A DNA stretch of 64,000 bases from Cenococcum geophilum (Eukaryota): assembly GCA_050273025.1 (NCBI GenBank), contig CP158635.1, forward strand, positions 14,756,001 through 14,820,000. Direction: 5' to 3'. The notes beneath the pieces were generated by a model. That model was not told where the DNA came from. It did not search any database and worked only from the letters and a program-made list of their open reading frames with translations. The position numbers were made by a program, and so were the translations under genes. Below are positions 13,523-26,438 of this stretch, one piece after another (position 1 is the first letter of the stretch; every line of letters begins with the position of its first letter).

Positions 13523-16040
13523 TCTATAAGGAGATTATTTACACAATTAGTGCATTTATAAATCTCCTAAGTTAGGGAGATAAATAGCTACTTTTTTAAT
13601 AGATATTTACCTATAGACTCCCTATAGAAGAAGAAGACCAAATAAGTTAGCTAAGATTTTACCCCTATAATAAATTACTTTAGTTATATACGTATTAGTG
13701 CAAACAATTTGCCAATACCCGATTAGGTATTTCTCTTCCCTTCTAATATTTAAGCGATTTAGCCCTTGCAGCTTATAGAGTTAGATTCTCCTACACCATT
13801 ATCCCTTACTAGACATATTTTTTAGGGCCTATTATTAACACTAATAGTTAAAGGCTAGTCTTGGCACCTAGGCGTTCCGCCCACTTAAATAAAATGCCTA
13901 AATTAGTAAGGGGTAGGTTTTGGTCGCTCTTTAAAGGAGGGGTTTCCAGCTATAGAAAATAAGCATTTAAAGTAATAATGTTACGGCATACCTAGTAATA
14001 ATACCCTTTTAAATAAATTAAACAAAAGTTATATTACACATTCAGCTATAATAGGGGAGATAATCTATTAAGTACTGCTATACTATTACTAAGTCACATC
14101 TAGGAGCTTCTTAAGGCCTACAGTATATCCAAATTCTATGTTTTAATGTCTCCTATCCTTCCTATAATATTTTCTTAGTAAATATCTCTTATTAGGTCTT
14201 ACCTTAAATAAGATTAAGCAGCATCTCCTTTAAACATTGGACTTTCTCCAAATTGTTATAAGCATTATAGTAATTAATAAGGTTTTGGAAAGCCTTATCT
14301 TCTTTATTATCTGTTATTAACCTATAGCCTTTAAAATAAGAGTAAAAAATATTATGTTGTCTCTCAAATTCCTTCTTCTAGTTATTGCTGATTTTACTCT
14401 ATTTTAGCATTAAAAGCTAGATTAGCTGCAATATATAAAGCTATAAAAACTTATATATAAAGGCTAGCAATTATTCTATATATTATACACGGAATATATT
14501 GCTAGGGATATAATTTTATAGATGTTAGAAACGCTAGGGGAGTGTTCTTAGAGCTAAGCATATAATTGTCTTTAATTAACTGTATACTATATTCTTAACC
14601 TTAACTTAAATAAACTAAAAGACTAAAAATGTTAAAGAGCAAAGAGATTTATGTAAAAGTATGTGTAGGTCTAAAATTAGAGGCTTTAAATAACCTAGAA
14701 AATAAAAATAGAATGCTAATTACCTGCAAAAAAATTTATTAGCGGGCTATTGCAGGTATAAAGGCGTTTAGATAGCTAAGCTGGCAAGTACTAGAGTACT
14801 AGATTATACTAATATCCTCTTAACTCTAAGCTAAGTAATAGGCTTAAAGTATAGGGCTGTATACTAGGGCTTAGTTTTGGCCCTACTTATATGCAGAAGC
14901 TAGATATACATCTTATATTAATAAGTAGGAGGGAGTTAAGTCGTAGGGCGTATACCATTTTATCTGTAACGCATCTTACAGCCTATATACTAATTGCCGG
15001 TTTATATTATTTATATAGTATATAAAATGGGTGCTATAGGATATGTAGCAGCAAAATAAGGTATATTGTCTATGTGCGCGCCTTAGCTATAAGATTACTA
15101 TACAGCTTGTATTTAGAAGGCTAATAAGAAAAGATAGAATAAAATGGAATAAAATGGAAAGGGGATTATATTACTATAATAACCTTAGCTAATCCTTAGC
15201 TAATATATAGCTTATAGAATAGTACAGTGTAAGCCAGATGTTAATATATTAATCGCATCCATTTTATTTCACTTTACTCTATTCCTTTTATAACATAACT
15301 ATAGCCAAATTATCTTTTAATTTCCAAGTAGAAAACGCTAGTATATTTTAACTAAGTTAAATATAATAAAGCCTTATAGGAAATACTACGGTGGGCTTAT
15401 TATTAGGCTAGGTGTATAAGTAAACAGAAAGCTAAATAACGTAATAGTATAAAGTATAACTAGTGGAGTGGTTACCTAATAGATTAACTCTAATTATATT
15501 CTGAGATTTACTATAAGGAAGAGAACTCTCTAGGTAAAAACTGTGGTCCTTTAAATACACATCCGTACTTCTAAGAAAGTTATTACTCTATCTACTCTAT
15601 CTGCTCTATAATAGATTATATAGATTATATAGATTATATAGATTATATTACGTAACCTAACTACTATTCCTCGTTATATGGCTCTACTAGTTCCATCCTA
15701 GACCGTACCTTAATTAACTAACTAGCTTCCTCTATCTCTTTTCTAAGTAGCCGTAATATTATACTTAAAGCGTCCGTAACACTATCTCCCTTCTCTTTAT
15801 CTTCGTTCTTAAAGATTTCCAATATCTTTAAGTTATCTACTAGAGGTGTAATGTCCGTCTAACTAGCTTAGTTAATATCTTTACTTACTATACCTAAAGC
15901 TCCTTCTTCTTCTTCTACTACTTGTTAGTCTTGTACTATTGCTGTAATACTATCTCTTAGTAAGATAATGCCATCTCTATATTCTCGTTATGTAAAAGAG
16001 GGGTTAGTTTATATTACGTTGGTAAGCCCTTTGTCCTAAC

Positions 16041-16400
16041 TAGTGGTCTTAGTAATAAATGCATGCATATTTTAGCCAAATATTTATTTAATTCATAAAC
16101 GCGCCAAAAATATTCACGATTTGAATGCATATAATGAATATAGCTTAGGTAATCTCTATTCATTATATGCATTTAAATTATGAATATTTTTGGCGCGCTT
16201 ATAAATTAAATGAATATTTGGCTAAAATATACATGTATTTATTACTAAAACTAGTGATAAAAGTTTTAAAAAATCTATATATATATTCATAAGCTTATAA
16301 ATAATTTAATTTATAAGGGAAAAAAAATCAATGCATATTATTCGTTATGAATGAATATATTTATAAAAATGAATGAATAAAAATATTCTTAAGACCACTG
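16041..16400. mobile_element. hAT-type MITE inserted in Gypsy A2
   Basis: 8-bp TSD GTCCTAAC (16033-16040, 16401-16408); termini TAGTGGTCTTA...TAAGACCACTG; absent from the same site in copy A1 (about 6420). Confidence 0.92.
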
Positions 16401-17810
16401 GTCCTAACAACCGTCCTCTTATTTAGAGTGCACTAAGGCGAACATATAATTGTCTTACGATGTTTATTCCACCTCTAACGCTAAATATACGCGTTCTATT
16501 ACTCTTAACAGTCTTTAAGTACCCTTATTAATTGCTACTAGGGTTTTAGGTTTAATCTGCTGCTATAAAGCTTAATAATAAACTCTTGGTGGCTTTGGCT
16601 AAGCTTTATTATTCGCATAACGCTAAGAAGGAGGCGGCTGATGCTTAATAACGGGCCCTTAAATCTCGTCTTGCTACGTTAGCTTAACTAATTTATCTTA
16701 AGAAGGTTTATAAGAAGGTTTATTCTAAGAAGTGGAAATTTATAGAATAAGGTTTATAGGAACTTGGTAATAAAAAAACAGATTCTCTTCTAACAGAGAG
16801 AAAAATAACTCTAAATACCTTAGTAGCTACTCCTCTTAGGTCCCCCTTAGATAACTTATTCTTTAGTAATCCTTCTTTATTAATACTACCTAACCTAATT
16901 TCCTCTAATACTCCTATACCTTTCTTATAGCGTTTTTTAAGTTATTTAATAGTTCCTAGGTAGTCTCTTTATAGCCTATCTACTTTACTTTATACCACGT
17001 TTTATTATTAATATCCTTATAACTAATAACCTTTAAAACTTCCTATTTGTCTTATTCTTGTCCTTTATACATATCTGTCTTATAGACTAGTGGCTTAATA
17101 CTTCCGTATACTGGCTCTAGTATTATAATATGCGATATAGGGTAGATCTTTATTTTCTCTATTAAGTCTAACTTGTACGTAACTTCTAAGATTTTTATCT
17201 TAGCCGTAAATGGTTCTAATCTAACGTAGTCTAACTTCTTACTTAGTTATTAACTTTTAAAATTTTTATATAGTAGCCACACTTTATCTCCATCCTTAAG
17301 AGCTGGTCCTCTAGATCTTTTAGCATTATAGTACTTTTTTATTCTTTCTTATCCTAGTTTAGCTATGCTTTTAAGGTGGTCGTAAAGACCTATTAATGTC
17401 TCCATTCTTTCTTTAGCTATGCTACTCGTTTTCTTTACTTATTATAGCGTTAACAACGTTTTTAGCTTATAGCCGTAATTTGCCTTAAAGGGTAACGTGC
17501 CTATCCCTTTCTGTGGTGTTATATTATATATAAACTATATAACTAGTAGTAATAATACCCAATTATTCTATGCATAATTGACGTAATATCTTAGATCCTG
17601 TTTTAAACCTTTCTATTTAACTGTCTATCTATAGGTAATATATAGTTAATATTACTGCTTAAACCTCCTATTCTACTAAAAATACCTTTTAGAATGCTGC
17701 TATAAACCTTAAATCTCTATCTAATATAACTTTTATTAGTACTCTATATCTTATAAACACTTCTTTAACATAGATTCTAGCTATATCCTTCGCTAAGATT
17801 TCTTCTGTGC

Positions 17811-18055
17811 TGTCACGGGACTGCCCGCGACACGCGCTACGCTAGACGCGTAGCTGTTTCCTTTCCTTGTTTGGTATCGCTCGGTAGATAGTTTCTCCGT
17901 CCCGTCGCCCCTATATAGATTCAGCCGCAGCCGCATTCCTGTTAGCTCTCTAGCAATCCTCTTAAGTCTCCACGACAGCCGTACGTAGCTATCAATTCTT
18001 CGAATCTGATGCTTGCCCATCTAGCGTTCGCATGTGATACATCGTTTTCGTGACA
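17811..18055. mobile_element. Solo LTR (245 bp) of an unrelated family inserted in the integrase of Gypsy A2
   Basis: Termini TGTCACG...CGTGACA; 5-bp TSD TGTGC/TATGC (one RIP-type change); GC-rich; absent from copy A1 (about 7830). Confidence 0.92.
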
Positions 18056-21000
18056 TATGCACGCTATAAAGTATCCCCACTTTATTAGCTTATCCACTAT
18101 TACTAAGATTATATTATAATCTTGTCTGGTAATAGAATTTCTTAACTTTAGTAACTTAATAATAAAGTTCTATAATATAACCTCCTATAGTCTCTCTGGT
18201 ATCTTAATAGGTTATAGCCCTCTATACAGCTTATACCTTATTAGTTTATTCCTTTAGTAATCTAAACACTCCTTTATAACTTGTCGTGCTAGTCCCTAAA
18301 TTTCTTAAATAATATATTCTTCTTAAAGTCTTAATACTAAGCCTATAGCTCTATTGTGTCCTTATGTTATTCCTTTATAAAAGTCCCTAATAAACTCTTT
18401 TGTGACTTCCTTTGGAACATATATAGCCTCTCTTTACTCGTACTATTCTAACTCTAAATCCTTAGTCTATGCTTCTTAAATCCTCTATAACTATATACTT
18501 TCTAGTGCCTTATAGATCTAACTATTTTCTTTGGTTACTATAAGCTTGGGATAATTATACCTAATTAATCCATCCTCGTCTTTTCTTAAAAGTGCCCCTA
18601 AAGGCTTATCTTTATTTTACAACTCCGTTTTTCTACTAAGTACGTCTACTTTTACGTTTTTAGTACCCTTAGTATACTAAATTTCGAAGTAATACCCTGT
18701 AAGCATTTCGGCCCATCTAACTTATCTTTAGTTTAGTTTTTTTATTATTAGGAATCCTATTAGGTTCTTATAATCCGTCTTAACTATAAATAGTTTCTCT
18801 ATACCTTATAAGAATGCTCTTTATTTTTTTTTAAGTACTATAACTATTCCTAACAACTCCTTGTTATAAATGTTATAGTTTAACTCCGCTAGTGTTATTT
18901 TTCTACTATAGTACGCTACTAGGTACTAACCGTCTTGGTGTCTTTATAGTAGGTATACTCCTAATATAAAGTCTAATACGTCCGTCTCTATAACCATGTC
19001 TAACTATAGTTAATAGATTTTAAGAATTGGTTCCTATGTAAATAACTCCTTAAGTTCCTTAAACAACTTTTTTTATTCCTTATTCTATACCCACGGTTTC
19101 TCTTTTTTTATAAGTCTTATAAATAGCTTAATATTCTTTAACTATTATGCAATAAACCTCCTATAGTAATTATAAAACCATAGAAACGACCTTAACTGCG
19201 TAATATTCTCTAGTTCTTACCAATTTACTATAGCTTCTACTTTCTTTGGGTCTATACTAATTTTTCCTAATTTGATAATAAATCCTATAAAATTGGTTTT
19301 TCTTATAAAGAACTCGCATTTCTTAATTACTACTAGCATTTGTTCTTCTTATAGTCTTTTTAAGACCTACTTAACATACTCTCTATACTCTTCTTTATTT
19401 GCTAAGTAAACAATAATATTATTAAGGTATACCATAATAAATTTATCTAGGTGTTCTCCTAATACACTATTAATTCTTTTCTAAAACGTTGCTGGTATAT
19501 TTATAAGTCCAAACTATATAACTAACGGTTTGTATAGTCCTTCCTTTAATCTAAAAGCTACCTTTTATTTATCGCCTTCCTTAATTCTAATCTAATAGTA
19601 CACCTACTTTAAATCTATCTTTATAAAGATTTTTACGTTGCCTATTCTATCTTAGATTTCGCTAATTAAGGGTAAAGGATACCTATCCTTTCTAGTAATG
19701 CTGTTTAACTATTTATAGTTAATATACATCCTAAGTTTTCCGTTTTTCTTTAAGATAAACAACACTAAATATCCTACTAATAACTGCAACGGTTTAATAT
19801 ATCCCTTTTATAAGTTCTTTTAGACAAACTCCTTAAGTGCCACTAACTCTATTTTAGTAAGCTTATAGATTAAAAAGAACTTTAGACTAGTTCTAGGTTC
19901 TAATTCTATTTTATAGTCCTATACTATATACTCTAACAGCTTTTTACTTTCTAGGCTCTATAACTTTTTGCCGTACTTATAGTATCTTTTTAGTATATAA
20001 CTTAAGCCTCGCTTAGTCTCTTTATATATTGCTCCAACCTAGTACTATACTATCTTAGTTTATTATTGCATCTTACGTCATTATATATCTCTAATATCGA
20101 CTTAACCTATAACCTAATTAATCTTTAGATTATATTCCTGTAACTAAGGCATCCCTAATATTACCTTATTCTTTCCCAATAGTAGAATATTAAAAGATAT
20201 TTTAATTTATCTCCCTTTAATAGTTAACTAAATAGGTCCAGTTTTGAGATTAATAATGCCTCCTTTATAGGCTATTAGATCTTTTAAAATTATTATTAAC
20301 AGATATAGGTATTCTTTCTGTCTATATAGTAACCCCATCCTTTTTACTGCTGCTAGTAATATATAGTTTCTTATAGCTCCACTATCCACTAGCGCCTTAA
20401 ACTTTTAATTTTCCTAACTTACTTATAAATTTAGGTGTTGTTCTATAATTCCTTTAAGGGTCTAAGGCTCTACTACTAGCTCCCTCTAATCCTATAGGCC
20501 TCCTCTTTTTCTAACTATTAGTTATCTAATCCTAACTATACTTAGTCCTTCTACAGCCAATACTTAGTTTATTTCTTTTCCTCTACATGCCATAGATAAG
20601 TATTCTCTAGGCACTTCTACCACTATTGTCCGTTTAGGTATTCTTCCATAAGAAACCTTTCTAGTTAAAGTATTAAGTCTCCTAACTTCTAAACTTCTAC
20701 TAAATGCTAGCTATATATAAACTTAGCATTTCTAAACCTTTGTTTATCTAGTGCCTAATACATCCTTATTAGGTACTTATGATTTTTTTATGCTTAGTAT
20801 ATACTACACATATTATCTATATATGCGATCTACGCTAATATATAACGCGCTAGGTGTTTTAGGTTAACTTACGCCTTATTCTTAGGCTTTAGTTTAAACC
20901 TCTTCTATATTAATCTATACGTTGCTATATTATTTACTAGTACTACTACTTATATTATTTACTAGTACTACTACTTATATTATTTCTCTTAGTCTATATC

Positions 21001-24000
21001 TTATTCTTCTAGATCCTTTAATATTATTACTAATACGCCCTTAATATAACTTATCTGTTTTTCTGTTATTACTTTATCGGATATAACTCTCTTATCTAGC
21101 TATATATAGAAATCTTCCTACTTATTATTATGCCACTGCTTATACTACTTTTAGTATAGCTCTATAAGCGTATACAATTTATCTATAAGGAAGTATCTTT
21201 CTATTACTGCTTAATAATAGCCCTTTATGTATCGTTCTATAAATCTAGTTGGAATTTCTAGATCCTCTTCTTATTCTAGTTTGTCTAGCTACTTAGCTCT
21301 AGGTATACCTGCCCTTAGCCTATTAGTAACTTTTTATATAGGTACTCTATCCCTTAAACGACTTAGTATACATGATCTTAAATCTAGTTTCTGCTCTATC
21401 TATGCAAAGATTTATTATCTAAACTCTTCTATAGTTTTTTTTGGGTTAATATCTCCTAAATAGATTACTGAAGTCTTTATACTTCTTAACTGTTATATTA
21501 ACTTTTTAATCTTTAGGCTAAATTCTCTATTCACCTGAAATCTTTATGGACCTTATTTATTCTTTAAAATCTTAGCTCCTTAGAAATCTCCGTCCCAAGC
21601 TTATTCGTTTGTTTTTAAACTAAGCTACTGCCCTTTCCTATTGGTTTTCGTCCATTATAGGTTCTTAGGTATATCTTATCTTATCTTAAGAATCTTAAGC
21701 CTATAGCCTTTTGCCTTTATTAAGTGGTAAGCTAGCACTAGTAGTTATCTGCTTACTTAATTGTCTATAAATATTGCTCCTTCCGTCTTATAAAGCGATA
21801 GATGCCATATCTAATAGTATTATAATACCCGTTACTAAACCGCGTTCTATAGTAGTCTTAGTCTCTGCTTCTATTACGTTATTAAGGGTTAAGTACTTCT
21901 AGTTAGTCCCTTTTTTTTCCTCGCCGCTATTAATTAATAAGTACTCTAACTCCATTATTATTGCTACTAATCGTTATCTATATATTATTATAATATCTTA
22001 ATCTAGCTTATAGAGTTGATCTTATTCTTTATCTAACTCTTTAGTTCCCTTAAGTTCTCTTAACTCTAGTTCTTATAGCCAATAGCTTACGCTATACTTA
22101 GCGTTCTTATAAATTTGGTATACGTTATTATAGTAAAACGCGAAATACTTAACCGAATACTTCTTAGTCCTGCGCAATATACTTATATCCGCTTTATTAT
22201 ACTCTAATAACTTAGTGCTCTTTACCATATAGTTACTCTAACCACCTCTATAGTCTCTAGCGAAATAACTCTATTTTCCGCAATTTATATAAGCTCTATC
22301 TTTAAACCATTGCTTTTATTATAGAGTCTGCCTAAATGTCTTTTACTACTAGGGTCCCTAGTTTAGCCTCTACTCTGTGGTCCTATAATTACTTAATCCT
22401 TAACCTTTAGGTTTCCATAGTTTTCTATTCCATCTTTTAGATTCTTTAGTACCGCTTAAGTCCATTAACTCTAGCCCACCATTCTATAGTTTATAACTCT
22501 GCGTTTGCTATTACATATTGTACGCCTTACATAACTATAGAACTCTATTTTACCCTTTCTTAGCTTATTCCCTTTAATAGATCCTATTATTAATCTTAAT
22601 TAACTAATCTATTAACTCTTATAGAGTTTCTATATCTTTTATTAGGATAATTACGTTCTAGACTTTAACCTTAAATCCCTGTTTATACTATGCTATAAGC
22701 GCCTTATTATTCCATTTAACCTACATTGCGAGCATCTAAAACTATGTGGTATACTTAATTGCTAAAGTTCGTTGTACTAGGTTTTAAAGCTTCCTCTCTA
22801 CCGTTGTAGTTGCCTTAGAATTGCTAAACATTTATATTAACCTCTCTACGAACCTGTTCTAGTTAGTAAACATAAACCATATATCTTGGTTAGTAGTTAT
22901 TATTCTATTTATCAGGATTTTAGTAAGGTAAGATTTAAACTACTTAAGTGCTCTTCCGGTTAGGAATAGTCCTGCATACGCCACTTAGTCTATAGGTATT
23001 GCTAGCTTCGCCCCCTCTTATATAACCTTAAAGTATATTTATATAAGGAACCCTTTAAGCTTTAACTTCTCCCCTAAGAATCGTTTAATTAATAGTAACT
23101 TAACCTTAGCTGCTCCGATGCTATTAATTTAATCTTTAAGTATTTAATTATTATCTATTAACCAATTAACTATTTCCTATAGTTAACCTACTATAACGAG
23201 CTATAAATTAGTATCTCTTATACTACTGTCTCCTCCTAAACCTAAGGTCATAGCTGCCGTTAACGGCGTCGTAACTAGTGCTTTTGGTAGCATATTATTT
23301 GACTTTATTAATACTATAACTAAGTAGTAAATATATAACAAAGTCTTATAGGAAATACCATGGTGGACTTATTATTAGGCTAGGTGTGTAGGTAAATAGG
23401 AAGTTAAATAATATAACAGTACAAAGTATAACTAGTGAAGTGGTTGCCTAACAGATTAACTCTAATTGTATTCTAAGATTTACTACAAGAAAGAGAACTA
23501 TCTAGGTAGGGACTGTGGTCCTTTAAATACACATCCATACTCCTAAGAAAGATATTACTCTATCTGCTCTATCTGCTCTATTCGCTTTATAATAGATCTT
23601 ATAGATTATATAGATTATATTATATGACCTAACTACCATTCCTCGTTATATAGCTCCACTAGTTCTACCCTAGACCATGCCTTAATTAACCAACTAGCTT
23701 CCTTTATCTCTTTTCCAAGTAGCCGTAATATTGTACTTAAAGCGTCCGTAATATTAAAGAGGGTAGGCCTATTACAAAATAAAACAATATTTTGCTATTC
23801 CTACTATAGTCTCTACTTGCTTAATTTATAGCAAGCTATAAAGCATTTATAAGGATCTAGGCCTTTCCTTAGATAAACTTATTTATTACCTTAAAAGCGA
23901 TAATAGGAGGTAGATCTATGCTAATAACCTAGAATTTTTTTAATTTCTTATAGACTTAAAACATATGCTACTTTAGCGACTATTGGTTATATTTAAAACC

Positions 24001-26438
24001 AAGGTACTTATAGACTTATACCTTAAGAATATAAATACGTTATTCTATAGTGTTTTCTCTTTAGTTAAATTATTTCTCTATATATTATATACAGCAGTTA
24101 TTCGTCTATTCTAGTATAGTAAGGTAGGGTAGTTAGGTTATATAAGGGGGCTTAGACTTATAGCTACGCTTATAGGGCTGTTTATATGGAAACTTCTCTA
24201 AGTATATATAAGGGGGCTTTAAGTCATTGTAAAGTTCATAGGGGTCTTTATATAGGAATTTCTTTAATATTTCTAAATCTGGCCTTATATATTCCTTTAG
24301 TTTCTAGTTTTGGTATTTTTATAATATTTACTTCCTATTAATTACGCGCTGGGTATAAATAGGTGCTGGGCTAAACTATATAGCCTCTAACTTAGCTCGT
24401 ATAACTACCTAGCCCGTACGACCAAAGCCGCAATGTTAATTGCGTACTAGTATAAATAAGCATTCTGCACGGATTATACGGCTTTAATATTATAAGCTTG
24501 GTAATTATATAAGCCTAGGAATCCTATAGGATAGACTTATATTTAGACCCCTGCTATTACCTAGCTCGTATAATTGCTAAACTTACGCGATTACCCTACT
24601 TATATAATTACCCTATACTAGCCCTTCTAATAGGGGGCATAGATTAATACACAGCTGTATAGCGTTGCATCATCACTCCACTCCGCTCTACTTTACTTCA
24701 CTTTATATACCTACCTACTTTACCTTACTTTATCTACCTTACTTTACTTTACTTACTTTTCTTCTCCCTACTATTTAAGCCTTTCTATAGATTGCTCTAT
24801 AGCTCCTACCCCTGCGCTTATAGACTATACTAGCCTTATTACTATACTTAATAATAGAATTTAAAGGGGTTTAAGCGGATTCTCCCCCCTAGAAGATTTT
24901 AAGGAAAATAGATTATTAAAGGCAGTAGCCGTTATTAGGGAGGACCTGGATATAATTATTGGTAATAATTACCCCAAAAAAGCCAGGACAATTCTTGTTA
25001 AGCTCTTATCTATTTCCCTTAAAGTCTTCTTTCTATACGCTATTAGCACTACCCTAAATGCGCTTAGTAAACTATATTAGAACCTATACGGCAAACGGGT
25101 ATACGCTATAACTACTAATATCTACGCTAATGCTATCCCCAAGTAGTAGCGCACTATAGCTAAGCCGGAGGGCCTAGCTCAGGCGATTAAGTACTATACT
25201 ACTTAGCTCCCTACACCGCTAAACTGGCCAGAGAGCCTAGACTAGGAGACGGAACACTATAACAATCTACTCTTTGGCGCAATGCCGCAGGTATGGGTGT
25301 TTTTAATAATGCCCCTGTATAACCTACTAGATTTTTTAAAGAATAAATATATAGACGCACTAGTGTAGATTAACTGCCTATTTAATAAGTACTCTCTACC
25401 CTTTATTAAGTTTAAACCAGTAGAATAGGGTATAAGGATGGAGTTCGGCCTAGGTATTATAAAGGTAGTTATAGAGCACGGCATGTAGAGGGAGGCTACT
25501 TATATTTAGCTAGCAGAATAAAGCTAGTAGTATATTTTATTACATTAATATAAGATAATACGTTGGCCTGCCTAGTGTTATGCACTAGTTACTAGCGTTT
25601 ACAATAAGGAGGAAATGCTTATCCTTAAGATGCCGCCCTATCTCCACGTTTTCCGTTTTAATATTACTGTACATTTTACTACCTACTTACACCACGCCGT
25701 TCTTACTATATACCCTAACCACTACACTATAGAGCTTCTGCCCCTATAGTAGGCCCTTTTAAAAAGAGGAAAACTAACCTATTTTAACCTTCTAGTCTTT
25801 AAGTATTATAGGGTTAGTGGACAGGAACTAGCGTACTAATTATTAATGCTCTTATAAGGGGGAAAGATATATAGGGAATAGGGGTTTAAGAAGACTTACC
25901 TTATCTTAGATTAGCTGCTAAAGCGCTATATTATTCCGCGCAATATTATTTACAACTAGCGTCTTTCTGTCTATACTAGGATATAGAAGCGAATCTTATT
26001 AATAGAGTTTTAATAGCCACCGCTATAGGTCTATAGCCCTAAAGTGACTTAGTTAGTTAGTAGTATTTTATATATAGAGATGAACCCTAAAGCGATTACA
26101 ACCTTATAAAGATTAGAAGTTTTAAATATAGTTTTACTAGTAAGATAGGTACTTTTTAAGAAGTCCTAACGGAAAGGCAACTACTTATATAGCTGCCTGC
26201 AGCAAACTTTTGCTCTACTAAGTAGGGCGATATATATACTAAATAAGCGCGATACCAAAGGTGTAATTAGGTTAGTTAGGTAAAGTAAAGTAGAGTAAAG
26301 TAGAGTATAGGAGAAGGAAAGTAGTAGCGTAGGGGGAAGGGGGGAGGGCATATACCGTACTGTAGGGGATAGGAGAAGTAAAGTAAAGTAGAGAAAAAGT
26401 AAAGTAAGATGGGAACCTATATTATTAACAAATTAGTG

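Larger units (their letters stand above)
15362..23753 (-). mobile_element. Full-length RIPped Ty3/Gypsy chromovirus (family A, diverged copy 2) carrying two nested insertions
   Basis: 420-bp LTRs at 15362-15781 and 23334-23753; TSD TTAAA at 15357-15361 and 23754-23758. Internal region is colinear with 6165-13103; gag ATG at 23293. Confidence 0.96.

Noticed and set aside
13528..15356. Possible gene between the two Gypsy A copies (also 1-1300 and 4400-5740)
   Set aside because: RIP-degraded, and I could not recover any recognisable motif.
17793..18020. 75-aa ORF
   Set aside because: Lies in the GC-rich solo LTR and runs across its boundary; chance frame.
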